64,000 nt of DNA, from contig CP154954.1 of the NCBI GenBank assembly GCA_039621445.1, positions 2,108,001-2,172,000 on the forward strand, in the 5' to 3' direction. Shown one piece after another: positions 12,866 through 25,376 of the stretch (positions are counted from its first letter, which is position 1; each line of letters begins with the position of its first letter). Made by a program: the position numbers and the translations under genes. A model generated the notes under the pieces. It did no database searches. It was not told the DNA's origin and saw nothing but the letters and a program-made list of their open reading frames with translations. The DNA comes from Euglena gracilis (taxonomy: Eukaryota).

Positions 12866-14450
12866 AACTTGTGAAGTTAGCCATAAATGAAAGGTGGAAA
12901 TACTCATAGTGAACCTATTTAAAGGTATCCCAAAATACAATTTGAAAATTCCGTGAAAACTAATCTCAGACGAAATACTCCTGGAAACAACGGACAATAA
13001 AAGATAGGTATGGACGAGGGGCTGTGTTGACACAAAACTATATCTGCCCCATCTCCAGCACTCTCCTCGAAGGGGGGACAACATTTTTATGACCTCCAAT
13101 AATAGAAGTTGGGCAAGGGAACTCAAAACTTAACACAAAAACGAAAAGGGGGAAGAGGGTTATGTTGGTGCGATACCCCCAAAAAAGAGATTTCATTGAG
13201 TGAGCTTGCTTAACAATGGAATGCAAAAGCGCTGTGAAGACACGCGATATGCCCAGGGATTGATGGGAAGCCTTGGGAGGGGGGGGTTGGCCCCCCTTCC
13301 CGACACGGAGGGCCCCCATCCCTTCTATTTCGAAAATGACATGGGCCCGGAAAATTTTCGGTTTCGCGGACTGGCAAAGGGCAAAAAAATGTACGGAAAT
13401 CGCTGATTTTCTTTGAAAATAAATCCAAAAAGGCTCATTGTTTGAACATTTTTTGTGGAAATATGGAAATCACTAAAACATCAAAAAAAAATGGGAAAAT
13501 GCTCAAAAGTGAGGGAAAAGGGCGTTCATTTTCCGGTGCAAAGGGCCGGAAGAAAACTTTTCGCTATTTTTGGAACCTGCCGAAGAGGGGGGGTCCGGAC
13601 ACCCCCTCCCAACATCGAGGATGGGGGGGTCTGGACTCCCACCTACCACCTTACCTTAACTTGTGAAGTTAGCCATAAATGAAAGGTGGAAATACTCATA
13701 GTGAACCTATTTAAAGGTATCCCAAAATACAATTTGAAAATTCCGTGAAAACTAATCTCAGACGAAATACTCCTGGAAACAACGGACAATAAAAGATAGG
13801 TATGGACGAGGGGCTGTGTTGACACAAAACTATATCTGCCCCATCTCCAGCACTCTCCTCGAAGGGGGGACAACATTTTTATGACCTCCAATAATAGAAG
13901 TTGGGCAAGGGAACTCAAAACTTAACACAAAAACGAAAAGGGGGAAGAGGGTTATGTTGGTGCGATACCCCCAAAAAAGAGATTTCATTGAGTGAGCTTG
14001 CTTAACAATGGAATGCAAAAGCGCTGTGAAGACACGCGATATGCCCAGGGATTGATGGGAAGCCTTGGGAGGGGGGGGGGGTTGGCCCCCCTTCCCGACA
14101 CGGAGGGCCCCCATCCCTTCTATTTCGAAAATGACATGGGCCCGGAAAATTTTCGGTTTCGCGGACTGGCAAAGGGCAAAAAAATGTACGGAAATCGCTG
14201 ATTTTCTTTGAAAATAAATCCAAAAAGGCTCATTGTTTGAACATTTTTTGTGGAAATATGGAAATCACTAAAACATCAAAAAAAAATGGGAAAATGCTCA
14301 AAAGTGAGGGAAAAGGGCGTTCATTTTCCGGTGCAAAGGGCCGGAAGAAAACTTTTCGCTATTTTTGGAACCTGCCGAAGAGGGGGGGTCCGGACACCCC
14401 CTCCCAACATCGAGGATGGGGGGGTCTGGACTCCCACCTACCACCTTACC
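12866..14450. repeat. About 790-bp near-identical tandem duplication (12866-13655 / 13658-14450)
   Basis: Copies differ visibly only in G-run length; duplicated ORFs appear in the ORF track. Confidence 0.92.
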
Positions 14451-14687
14451 CCTGGGGGGGGGTGTCCAACTCCCACCACCCACCTCAAAAACGAAGGGTT
14501 TCCCATCTATCCGTGGATATGCCACCAAATTCCACCCTTCAGAAACTCAGAATAAAGTAGGCTCAGCCATTTTGCCTTTGGGCTATAATTGGTGATGCTT
14601 ACTGTGCCGTAGTGGAAAAGACGGGCAAAAAAAGTGGACCGTTTTCCAAACTACACATTGGAAGGAAAAGAAACGCAGACAGTTGGG

Positions 14688-17198
14688 TCAAGAGTGACAT
14701 TTGTTTGACTTGCTTCTTGCGATCATCTTCTCTGCCTCCAGCAGACGTTTCAGGTTCTCCTTCAGCTCTTCCTTGGTAACCTTCTTGTCCTGGTTGGGGT
14801 CAAGACCAGGCTGTCTTTTGTTTTTCCTGGAACTAAAAAGGAAAGTTTTTAGTTCCTTTTTAGTTAAGGAAAGGACAAAGCACACGACTTGGACACTGTC
14901 AGGTGGGAAGGGAATAAAAAAAAGCCTGTTCTAATGTCTGCTCCACCCAAACACGAAGTTGAGAACGATCGAAAGAGGCCCTGAAACAGTAGAGCCACGA
15001 GTTCGGGACGGGTTCAAAATATTGGGAAATACAAAGAATCATGTACCCTGGGAGTCCCTTGACCAAAGAAAAAAATGAGAGGTTGAAATTAGATGCCGAA
15101 AAATGGATGTTGGAGGGGGTGTCCGGACCCCCCTTCTCGGCAGGTGCCAAAAAATAGCGAAAAATTTTCTTCCGGCGCTTTGCACCAGAAAATGAACATA
15201 AAAACGCCCTTTTCCCTCAAGTATATTTCCCTTTTTTTTTGATGTTTTAGTGTTTTCCACGTAAAAAATGTTCAAATAATGAATATCAAAACTGCCAAAG
15301 GTTGTGCAAAAATGAAAAGTTTGTGGAATTTTGGTGACACCCCTTCAGACTTTCAATTAGTGCGCCGCGGCAAACTTCGCCGCGGCGCAAACTTCGCCAC
15401 GGCACACTAAATTAAAGTCTTTGCCGCGGCACAAAAAAAAATCCGCAGTGCACACGGCGCACAATCAAATTTTTGCCGCGGCACACCCGCGGCGCACCAA
15501 CAACGCACCGCAGTGTACCAATGACGTTCCAGCGATAATTGGGATGGCTATGCCGCGGCGCTGCCGCGGTGGACGCGGCGCACAGAAAGAAATCATCCGC
15601 GGCGCACACGGTCACAAAATTTCTGGTGTCGCGCCAAAATAGCGAAAAATTTCTTCCGACTAATCTCCGCTTGGGCACAGAAAAAAAAAAAATTCCGCAG
15701 CGCACTAAATGAAAGTCTGCACCCCTTCGTGTTTCTTTGCAAATTCATAAAGCTCCTCTTAAAAAAAAAATCCAAAAAAGGTGCTTGGTGTAAAATGGCA
15801 AATTGAAAAATAACCCCTCACTCAAAAAACACACGTATTTTGATACTCGCATGCATACAAGACATGTTGAATGTTTAATCAATCATAATCCATTTCGATC
15901 CCTGACAAAATGCCCGAGGGAAACGAAATGAGTTTCGCAATGCCATGATGAGAAACATAAAAGTGGTGCAGAATCATCCAAAAGCACTGCACCTTCCCCC
16001 ATTCTCACCTTAACCTGAGGCTTTGATGTCCCTCTCTCTCCCCATTGTGCAACCTTCTCAACCAAAGTGGCACTGCTTGAAAAAAAAACCTTGAGAATGG
16101 AGACATGCAATGGCATTGTTTCTCAAAAAACTAGATTTTTTTAAAAAAGAAAAGATATTGAGAACACCACCCATTGACAGTTGAGGATTTCTTGAACGTT
16201 ATTCCAAAATGCTCTCACTTCAACTGAACTTTGACAAATCTCGATTGCGACATTTGATTTCCACTTTTCATCGTTTAATTTGGTCAGTGGTCCACAGTGC
16301 TGATTTTGTCCTGGTTTTTTCATTGGAATTTTTTGTGCTTTTGTGGAGGAATTTCATTCTTTCTTCGGATTTTGCGATTGTTTTATTGTGAAATTATTTC
16401 ACCTTAGTGTCAGGACCAGGGTGTCGGGATGGTGGATGCTTTGGATGAGGGGCAGGCCCTTGTCATATTCGCCATTCACATGACAAGCAAGGGACGGAAT
16501 TTTTTTGGAATGGCCTAAAAAGTGGTATGGAAAAAATTGGCAGAGCCGAATCCTGCCAAATCTGTATCCACCGTTTTCTTGGCCGACACTGCCAAAATTT
16601 TCTGCATTTTTTCGGAAACTTTTGAATATTGCGCCTGTTTTCAATGAAATTCATTCAAGAAAACAATCGGCATGCATTTTTTCCACGTTTTTTTTTTTGC
16701 TGGAAAAAACGCCAAATATTCCACCGTTTTTGGCCTTAACCGCCAATTTTTTTGTCTCCAATTCCCTTGCCCCCCCCCCCCCCGTGGAAAAAAATCATTT
16801 TGTCCGCACAATTGTCACGATTTTTGGGAATTTTTGCAGTTTTGATTTTTGGTATCCGGTTCGATCCCGGCAGCCCTGGGACCCCATGGGGGGGGGTCAG
16901 CTAGCAGCCTTTTCCCAGCCAACCCAAATTTTCCAGCTTTGAGCTGGATCCCCCCAGGGGGTCTATCTATGCTATTCGTGAGTTTGGGGGGGAGGGTGCA
17001 GAAGAAAATTCCAAGCATGGCCTAAAATGAGACAGGGGTAAAAAAGCGAAGTTGTTTCATGGACAAAGAAACCCATCTCTGATCTAGACTCATCTCGAAT
17101 GATGAAATACCCGCTGTGATGGTAGTTCTTCACAACGTAGTCAATGGTGCTCCTCATGAGGATTTCGTATTCGTAATCACACCATTGCTGATTATTTG
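14688..17198 (-). CDS. 3' exons of an EF-hand-containing protein (exons about 17023-17198, 16403-16515, 14932-14980, 14688-14801); may extend upstream to about 18000
   Basis: Joined frame: NNQQWCDYEYEILMRSTIDYVVKNYHHSGYFIIRDESRSEMGFFVHETTSLFYPCLIL-GHSKKIPSLACHVNGEYDKGLPLIQSIHHPDTLVLTLR-ASFDRSQLRVWVEQTL-DPNQDKKVTKEELKENLKRLLEAEKMIARSKSNKCHS*. DxNxDxxVxxEE is an EF-hand loop. Intron 14981-16402 is GT-AG with matching phase 2. A second EF-like stretch (MFNKLHTDGNGVLE) lies near 17935-17980. Additional exons are possible. Confidence 0.55.
14802..14931 (-). other. Euglenid non-conventional intron (130 nt)
   Basis: A|GAACAGGCT...AGCCTGGTCTT|G: CAG at +4, CTG at -8, CAGGCT pairs with AGCCTG; removal places helix QLRVWVEQTL directly before the EF loop. 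Confidence 0.7.
15346..15719. mobile_element. hAT-like MITE rich in GCCGCGGC palindromes
   Basis: TIRs CAGACTTTCAATTAGTGCG / CGCACTAAATGAAAGTCTG (1 mismatch); perfect 8-bp TSD CACCCCTT (15338-15345, 15720-15727). Confidence 0.92.
16521..17019. mobile_element. Degenerate MITE-like insertion inside a reading frame, putative intron 16516-17022 (-)
   Basis: Flanked by direct repeat ATGGCCTAAAA (16510-16520, 17017-17027), which includes 8-mer GCCTAAAA. TIRs are weak (AGTGGTATGGAA vs CATGCTTGGAA). Removing 507 nt fuses two ORFs in frame. Confidence 0.6.
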
Positions 17199-19235
17199 AT
17201 GCACAGGGCTATGTTTGAAAAACAAATGCAAAAAAAACGCCGTTTCTTGATGGAAGGTTTTTCACAAATAGCTTCTCTCCACATGAACAAACTTCGGGAT
17301 GGTATTAAGACCTGTTCTCAGAAACGTTGCCCCAGTGCAGAAAAACAAAACCTTGTGAGAAAAAAGTCCAGCATCTGGGAAAAAGATGCAAATTCGAAAA
17401 AGAGAAAGAGCAAAAACCGGGATAATTCAAATCTCACGGCTGGGCACAGGCTTCTGTGTACCAACCCCGGCGGGTCTTGCCCCAAGTACCCAGCCAGACT
17501 TCTTTTTAAATGCGCACCTCCAGGGGGGGGCTGTGGGCAGACAGCGGGGGGGGGGGGGCACTTTTGACCCCGGGGGGTCGGGTTTTGGGGTTGGTAGTGC
17601 TAAAGCAACCCCCCCCCTGTGCCGAAAGCCATTTTCAAGGGAAAACTGGCTGGGTTAAGCACCAGGGTCCAGAACCGACAGGTGTAGCTGTGATGGCTTT
17701 TGTGATTAAAAAAAAACTGGCCTCTTTACAACTTTGAACTTTGAATTCTTTCCTAAAAAAAAATGCCCATTTCGGCAAATCTTTTCAAAAAGCGTCACAG
17801 ACAAAAAAGCAAGTTATGTATTGGGCCCAAATTATTATACAGCTTGAATTCGCTCGTTTTGAGCCATTTTGACCAAGTCGAAGCTTTGGTAGCATGGTGG
17901 GAAGAAGAGCATTGAGCAAGGGTGTATTTCTGACCCTCCAAAACGCCATTTCCATCCGTGTGGAGCTTGTTGAACATCCTGAGGAAGAAAGACTGAAGCC
18001 CATTCATTACAACAAAATGCAGACACACAGGGGGGATCTGTAATCCACTACCAGGTCCCCCCTTGGAGCAGAGTTCCCCCCAGCCTCTCCAAAACCACAG
18101 GTGGCGGAGAAAAAAAAACATGCAAAAACGCTCTTTCTGAACATAATTGACCCCACCACCCAGGTGTTTCACAAGCACCCTCAAAAATTTTGCCACCCAT
18201 GGGTCATTTAAGGAGGGGGTATGGGGGGACCCATTTTGGCTGTAAGTACCTTCAATGGCCAAAATGGTCCATTGGAGGGGGGGGACAAATCTTCTCTTGG
18301 CCAAATCAAAGTATCTTCAAAGTATAATTTGGTGAATGAATTGATGCGGTGGGTTTGTTTTGACAAATTAAAAAAACCTTCTTTGAAAAAAATCACTAGA
18401 GGCGACAAACACAATTGTCGGACCCGGCTGGACAGTTGTCGGACCCAAAATTTTTGTTGGCCCCCGCGGTGCAGGAAATGGACTGTGCTATAGAGCCCCC
18501 AGGGACATGAATAGTCAACCCCCCGACCCGTGAATTTTTGACCCTGATGGACATTTTTGGGGGAATCCTGTCTTGGAGAACTGATTGAAAAAGAACGTGG
18601 CCCCCGGCTCACACCCAAACCGGTGTCTGGGACACAGTTCTCGATGTGGATACCTTGCAGGGGGGGGGATTGATGTTGGAGGACTTCGGAAAAATTGTGG
18701 GAAAATTGCGGAAAAATTGCGGTATTTGCAGTTTTGGGAATATGTATACCTCGGCTGCAGGGGACTGAGAAAAATTTCATAAATTTGGTCATTTTGCAAC
18801 ATTGGTGTATATTTTGAACTGTCTCACACTATTTCCAAAAAAAGGTCCAAAAACATAGTTTTTGTAGTTTTGGGAACATGCTGATTTTAGAAATATTTAA
18901 TTTGTCGGGAGGTGCTGGCTGGAAAATAAGTTGCTGGTTGGCTGGCTGGACCCTGGGTCGGGGGGGGGGGGCAGGGTCCCTTCGACTCAAGAAAAACCCT
19001 TGTTGCAACTGACTGGTCTCTTAAAATGTTTGGTCAAACCCCACATGGGTTTGCACATGCTGAAAAATTGTGGGCATTCACAAAAAAGTTCACTTCTATC
19101 ATGTGTGGGCAGGGTGTGGCAAGCACAAAGACATCACTTGAACATATCCTGGGGCATAAAGCCAACAAAAATTTGCCAGAATGGGAGACATTTAACAGTC
19201 GAGTCTCACACAAAGTGGCCAAGGGGGCTCAATGT

Positions 19236-19551
19236 CAGGCTGTTTTTCACCAACCCTGGGGGGGGGGGGGGGGGGGTCCGGAGTGCCCTTTGGTGCCTGC
19301 CCAGGCAGGCACTACCCCCCCGGGGGGGGTCGGATTTTGGCCTGTGCCCAGGAACTTTCCTCAGAAAATAGGCCATAATCCTTGAAAAAAGGCCTTGTAT
19401 GAGCACTCTGGCGCCTTCGGCGCCGGAATGCCTGGTGGGCACTTTTGGCCGTGTCCCCGGGGGTCAGACTTCTGTGCCTTGGAGTGCCTGCCCAAGCAGG
19501 CACCGCCCCCCCCCCCGGGGTGGGGTCGGCACACGACTAAAATACAGCGTG
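19236..19551. mobile_element. hAT-like MITE, family CAGGCTGT
   Basis: CAGGCTGTTTTT ... AAATACAGCGTG; flanks CTCAATGT / CTCAATGA; homologous to 5741-6052. Confidence 0.85.
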
Positions 19552-19947
19552 CTCAATGAAAATGACTATCAGGGCCTAAAACTCTCGTCCACCAGGGATC
19601 AATAATTGTGGCCGGGGGGGTTCTTAGGAAGGTGTCCGCAAGGGACAACAAAACTTGGCCGGGAGGGATCTTCATTTGTCCGAAATTCCCTACTCGGGTG
19701 TCCGCTAGCTAGGGAAAAAAACGTCAAAAAGTGGAAAGCACTTCATTGAACAGCCTGAAAGAATTTCTGAACAACATTTCAAATCCTACACAGTTCTTTG
19801 AACATCAAAGGTGCAAAAATGCCAAAACAAAAAATGAAGCAGAAAATTTTATTTTTGGACTATTTTCGGGCATAATGGCCCACAACTTGCAGGAATGGTC
19901 GAAATCATGCATTGGAAAAGAATTTTAATTAAAAAAATCCCATGATA

Positions 19948-20251
19948 CCATGCCCCCCCCATACACCATCCCCCATACCCCGGCTAACGCTAGCCCGTGT
20001 ATGGGACAAGATCGGGGGGGGGGGGGACAAGATCGGGGATATCAACAAATTTCCTTTAGCGAATCCTGGCCCGGACCCTTTGGCCGGGTATGGGGCAAGG
20101 TCGGGGGGCCTCCCGGGAGCCAAAATCCCGGGGGGGGTCTTACATGGGGGGGTCTTATATGGGGGGGTCGGTCCCGGCCAAAGGGCCAGCCTTTGGTCGG
20201 CCAGGGGGGGGGGTCTTATATGGGGGATGTCTTATTGGGGGGGGGGCATGG
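19948..20251. mobile_element. Tc1/mariner-like MITE with TA TSD
   Basis: TA|CCATGCCCCCCC ... GGGGGGGCATGG|TA; same termini at 24908-25376. Confidence 0.75.
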
Positions 20252-21269
20252 TACTCATTGCTTTGCAATGAACATTATGTGTTTTTATTATTAAAAAAAT
20301 CAGAAGATCAAAATAATGAAAAAAAAAGCCAAAAGAATGCAAAAAAAAAACCTTGTCAACTATCCAAAATTGCAAACACAACCTTCTGCAATCCATATTT
20401 TGGATTTCAGGTGGTGGCAGCATCCCTTGGCCAAAGCAAAGACACTGGGGTACCTTCGTTTAGAGGACCAGATATAAATCCTGTGCAATCATCAAAAAAC
20501 ATGTGAAAAAATCATTCTTGACGCAGCTTCGGCTGGCAAAGATAGAAAGTACCCCCCCCCCTGCATGGACCCATAAAACTGCCCGGGGGCACCCCAGATT
20601 CCACCCACCCAATTGGTGGGTTGGGGTGGCCCCAAAAGTAACAAAAGCAGTCTCCTGTACTGTCCGAGCATGGCAAAAATTGAAAAAATGAGCTGTTTCC
20701 CGGGCCCATTGCATACTTGTCAACAAGTTTGTCGCATGATCCTTCCTTTGAGTCAATGCGTTTCAGCAAACTGTCACCTTGGCCCATACAAGAGTGACTG
20801 TGTGAGAAAACAAACATGAAAAGCTGAAAAGCGATCCAAGGATGGATATCGGATATTGCGTCCGGAAAAATCGGAAATTATCGGGGGGGGGCGTTATGCA
20901 CGTTTTCCTTGTTTTTGGCCCGTTTTGTCATGGAATTAGGAATCTCCAACCCCCAAAATTTGGGGGGGAAATGAAACCATAGGAATGAAGTTGGGAGTTC
21001 TGCACCAAAGGAGGAATCACCAACCCCAAATTTCAGAATTTCACCCCAAAATGGCTGAAATGGCCCAAAATAATTCAAAATGGTCCAAAATGGGCAAACG
21101 GTCCAAAAACAGCCAACATAAGCCCGAAGTAACCCAAATTGGGCCAAAACCGGCCCGAAGTGGCCAAAATTGCCCAAAATGTCCTGAAGTGCTTTAGAGA
21201 TGCCCAAATGTGCTCAAAACAGCCCACAATGAACCCCCCCCCCAAAAAACGCCCAGAAGGCCTCCGGGG

Positions 21270-21525
21270 GTCCATTTCGTCTGGCCGACACTTCTGGAAA
21301 TAATGTACGTTTTCTTGAGATATATAATCCCATCTTTGACCGAAGATCTCACCGCGGAAATGACAGAGTCGAAACTAGGGGTGTTGGCTATCCTACCCAG
21401 TTTGGACCCCTTCGCGGGTGAATAACTCGGGTCTGGCAAGGAGTTGGGGGTCAAAAGGAGGTGATTCAGAAACCCGGGATCTTGTCGCTCGCGAAGGTGC
21501 CAGGGTCATGGTGATAATCTGCAAT
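21270..21525. repeat. Diverged inverted relative of the repeat at about 180-415
   Basis: gtgaataactcgggtctggcaaggagttg...ggaggtgattcagaaac...gggtcatggtgataat matches the reverse complement of 185-300 with many substitutions. Confidence 0.7.
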
Positions 21526-23552
21526 TTTCATTGCCTTGTGTTTGGGCCAAGAGTTAGGGGGAGCCCAGGGGCGGGGACCGCGGCGCCGAAGGCGCCGCGG
21601 TCCCCCCTGGGACCCCCTAAAACCTTGGCCCAAAACACTGTTCTTGTTTGAAACCGTGTTTTGGGCGAAGATTTAAGACTTTTAAAGTCTCGAAATCGGC
21701 CCAAACACGGTTTCTGCGCACACCCACGGGCCAAAGGACCCCCCAAATGCTCAAATAAGGGGGGGGGTCAAATAAGGGGGGGGTCGAAAATTCCTTTAGA
21801 ATAGGGCAAAAAAAATTTTCGGCGCCTTTGGCACATGAAAAAAAAATTCCCGGACCCAAATGCTCAATTAAGGGGGGTATTGTTAAGGGGGTCAAATAAA
21901 GGGGGGGGGTATTGTCATTGTCAGGCTCATTGGCCATTGGCCGGGGTAACCAGGTTTTGAATGGTGCTGAGCTCTTAATAAGCGCTCACCCACCCCTTCA
22001 TTGACACCCCCATGTAAACCGGCGCACTCCATGGAGCTCTGTTGACGGAAATGCAAAGGTTTTGTGCCCGAAACAGGGCCCCGGGGTGAAGAAACACTCA
22101 TTTTTGGCTCACAATACACCTTATCCGGGCCTGGATAGCCAACAAAAAACAGCGCTTTGAGCGAAAAAAAAATTTCGATTGTTTGGACTTTTTTGACCCA
22201 AAAATGACCAGAAGTGAGTGGGTTGACAGCCCAAAACGGGGCGCTAGCGGGTCGAAAAACTCTCATTTTCGGCCCAAAAACATTTTTTCTGGGTTCGGGA
22301 GGCAACAAAAAAAATTGTTCGATTTTTTTCGACTTTTTTGACCCATGATGTCCATGAGGTCATGATGGCCATCATTGCTCATGATGGCCATCATGGGTCA
22401 TGATGGCATGGTCATGATGGCCATCATGGGGGGTGTATGGGTCGCGGGCGGGGTTGCGGCGCAAGGCGGTAGACTGGGGGGGGGGGTAGTGGGTAGTCGG
22501 CCGACTAGTCGGCCAACTACCCAATTGGTCCGCCGACTAGGCCTAGTCGGTTGCTAGTCGGCGAGACAGGGGGGGGGGGGAGTGGGTTGTCGGCCAACTA
22601 GTCGGCCGACTACCCACTCTAATGTACTAACGGGTCAAAACCGCCGACTTTTAAGCCCCCCCCCCATGAACAAAATCCAATGCAAACTAGTCGGTGGCTA
22701 GTCGGCGGTCATAAACATGGTCTGTGGCGGGCCCAAATCACCCAGAAATGGTCCGAATGGGTCCAAATAAGTGTCTTACGCCTAAATAAACACCCCCAGA
22801 TGGAAATCTTTGGTCAGTGGGGGGGTCGGTGGGCCCTTGATGGGGGTCCGGAGGGGTAAAAAACCACTAATGAAACAGGGATTACATGAAAATCCTTTAG
22901 AAATGCAATCTGCAATCTGCATTCTGCATCACGAGAGGCAGAAAACTCCCCCCTCCACCCCAATCCGAGCCTCAAATAACAAAATCCCTTCTGTGTTGGC
23001 AACATACTCGGGGGCTAAGTCGTTTTTGTGGCTCACTTTGGCATAGGCGGGGGGGCTCCGCCCCCCCCCCCGCACCCCCCCCTCATATAACAAAATCCCT
23101 TCTGTGTTGGCAACATACTCTGCAAGGATTTATGCACAGAATGCAATCCGAAAGCACAATGAAGCCCTGAATTATTTGCGCCTACAATCCCGTTTGGAAG
23201 CTGTCTCTTCTCGCCTTGATACTGCAATTAAGGTATGCCCTTCCATTCTCTGCCAAGACTTTCAAAGATAATGCACCACACACTCCCTCCCCTGGACCCC
23301 CCCCACGATATTCTCCCCAGTGGTTTGGTGGTTTTTTGAAATGGTGCTGAAACCCCCAAATCCCCCCTGAAAAGAGGAACCGGGGAACACTTTTTTTTGT
23401 TTTTTTTTCACAACCCACTTATTTTCAGGAGCTTTGAACAAAAACCTCCGGCCATGCTCGTATTTTACCATCTTATTGGATCCTTCACCCTCATTAGTAA
23501 AAGAAAAGCGAGAGAATGGGTTTTTAATCATGAACATTGGCCAGAATACAAC

Positions 23553-23840
23553 CAGGCTTGTGCTTAGTCGGGTGCCTACCCCACGGGGGGGGTGCTACCC
23601 CATAGCACCCGATCCGACCCCCCCCCCGGGGGGGGGGTAGGGTTTTGGGGGGTGCCTGCCCTTAGCAGGCACCCCCCTCCGACCCCGGCGCCGAAGGCGC
23701 CGGGGGCCTGGAAAAGGCCATTTTCAATGAAAATTTTCTGGGTCCCCCCAGGACCCCTATCCCCTGGTGTGCCTGCTAGGGGCAGGCACCCTATAGCACC
23801 CACCCCCCCTCCCCCCCCCCGGTTGGTAAGCACAAGCATG
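23553..23840. mobile_element. hAT-like MITE related to the CAGGCTGT family, opposite orientation
   Basis: TIRs CAGGCTTGTGCTTA / TAAGCACAAGCATG; TSD degenerate (AATACAAC / ATACATAC). Confidence 0.75.
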
Positions 23841-24907
23841 ATACATACATTGAGCGGGAAGAAGTGTAAGACTTTGGTCATCTGAACAAATCTCCCATGA
23901 TTTTGGCCGAAAAATGTGGCCCTCGTAGAGGCCCTGTGAGGGACCTCGTAGATGGGGGAGCACGCCGTCGGCCAGCCATGTGGTTGAAGCCAATTCCTCA
24001 ATGGTGTAACATTCAGGGGTGGTTCGGGACGCGGGGGGGGGGGGGGACGCGGGGGGGGACGCGGGGGGGACGCGGGGTGGAATTGTGGCCCAACGACCTT
24101 CACACATTTCTGCCGCCAGAACTGGCGTTCTGGAACACGGCTTCACGCCCGAACCGGCGTTCTGGACACAGTTTTCGTATCAGAAACCGTGTTTGGGCGA
24201 AGATTTAAGACTTTTAAAGTCTCGAAATCGGCCCAAACACGGTTTCATTTTCATACGGTGAATCACCCTTCATCACTTCAACCTTTCTTTTTGTTGGTCA
24301 TTGATGCTGCCTCCCGACAACCTCCAAAGTGACTTCCCCCGTGACCCCCCCCCCCCGTGGCCCGCACCAACCCGTGGGGGTTTGCAACCGAAAATCATGA
24401 AAAAAATTGGGCACCAAGCCACTCAAAATTTAGAATTTGCAGGTGTCATTCAAAATTTGAAAGCCACCGAATTACCCCCCCCCAATTGACCGTGGGACCT
24501 CTCCACGGGACCCCCCCCCTCCCCCTCCCCTCCCCCTCTCCGAGGGCCTCGCCACGCCATTTACCCCCCCTCCCCCCCCCCTAGCCGGACCCCCTCGCCA
24601 CGCCACCCAACACATTTTTCATTGTGCAACCATGGTACACCCCTCCCCCCCCATCCGAGACCCCCTCGCCACGCCATTTTCCGGCCATTCCCCCCCCCCC
24701 CCCCCCCCATTCGGACCCCCTCGCCATGGCGTACCAACCCCCCTGGGTACCCCCCCCTTTTTTGAGCACACCCACGGGCCAACGGACCCCCCAAATGCTC
24801 AAATAAGGGGGGGTCAAATAAGGGGGGTCAAAAATTCCTTTACAAAAAAAATTTCCGCGCCTCGGCGCATGAAAAAAAAGCTTTCCCCGGACCCAAATGC
24901 TCAATTA

Positions 24908-25376
24908 CCATGCCCCCCCCCCATATTGTACCCCCCCCATAATTTACCCCCCCCTCCGACCCCCCGAAAAATTTTGACCAAAAACTGGCCGCCGAAGGCG
25001 GCCGGAAGATTTTTTTCGGGTCGGTGAAAATTCGGCGGATCTTATATTTCCGGCCGCCATCGGAGGACGCAAGAAAATGGGCTAAAAAATCTCTGTACCC
25101 CCCCACTCTGAGGGACCCCCCCCCATAATGTACCCCCCCATAATGTACCCCCCCCTCAAAAATGGCTCCTAGGGGGGGGGGGTACAATACCCCCCCCCTT
25201 TATTGTCCCGCCGACCTGCCCCCGGGAGGCCCGACCGGACAATAAAGGGGGGGGGACAATAAAGGGGTACCAAAGGAATTTCATGGGCCGGCCAAAAAAA
25301 CCCCCCCGTCGGCGGGGGCCAAGGGAAAAAAAAGGGGGGGGGAAAATAAAGGGGGGGGGTATGGGGGGGGGCATGG
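24908..25376. mobile_element. Tc1/mariner-like MITE nested in another repeat
   Basis: TA|CCATGCCCC...GGGGCATGG|TA; the empty site tgctcaatTAagggggg is seen in the paralogous repeat at 21861-21877. Confidence 0.85.

Noticed and set aside
17200-18000. Further upstream exons of the EF-hand gene
   Set aside because: A stem (17208-17221 with 17258-17271) and an EF-like peptide are visible, but I could not obtain one consistent splice path.
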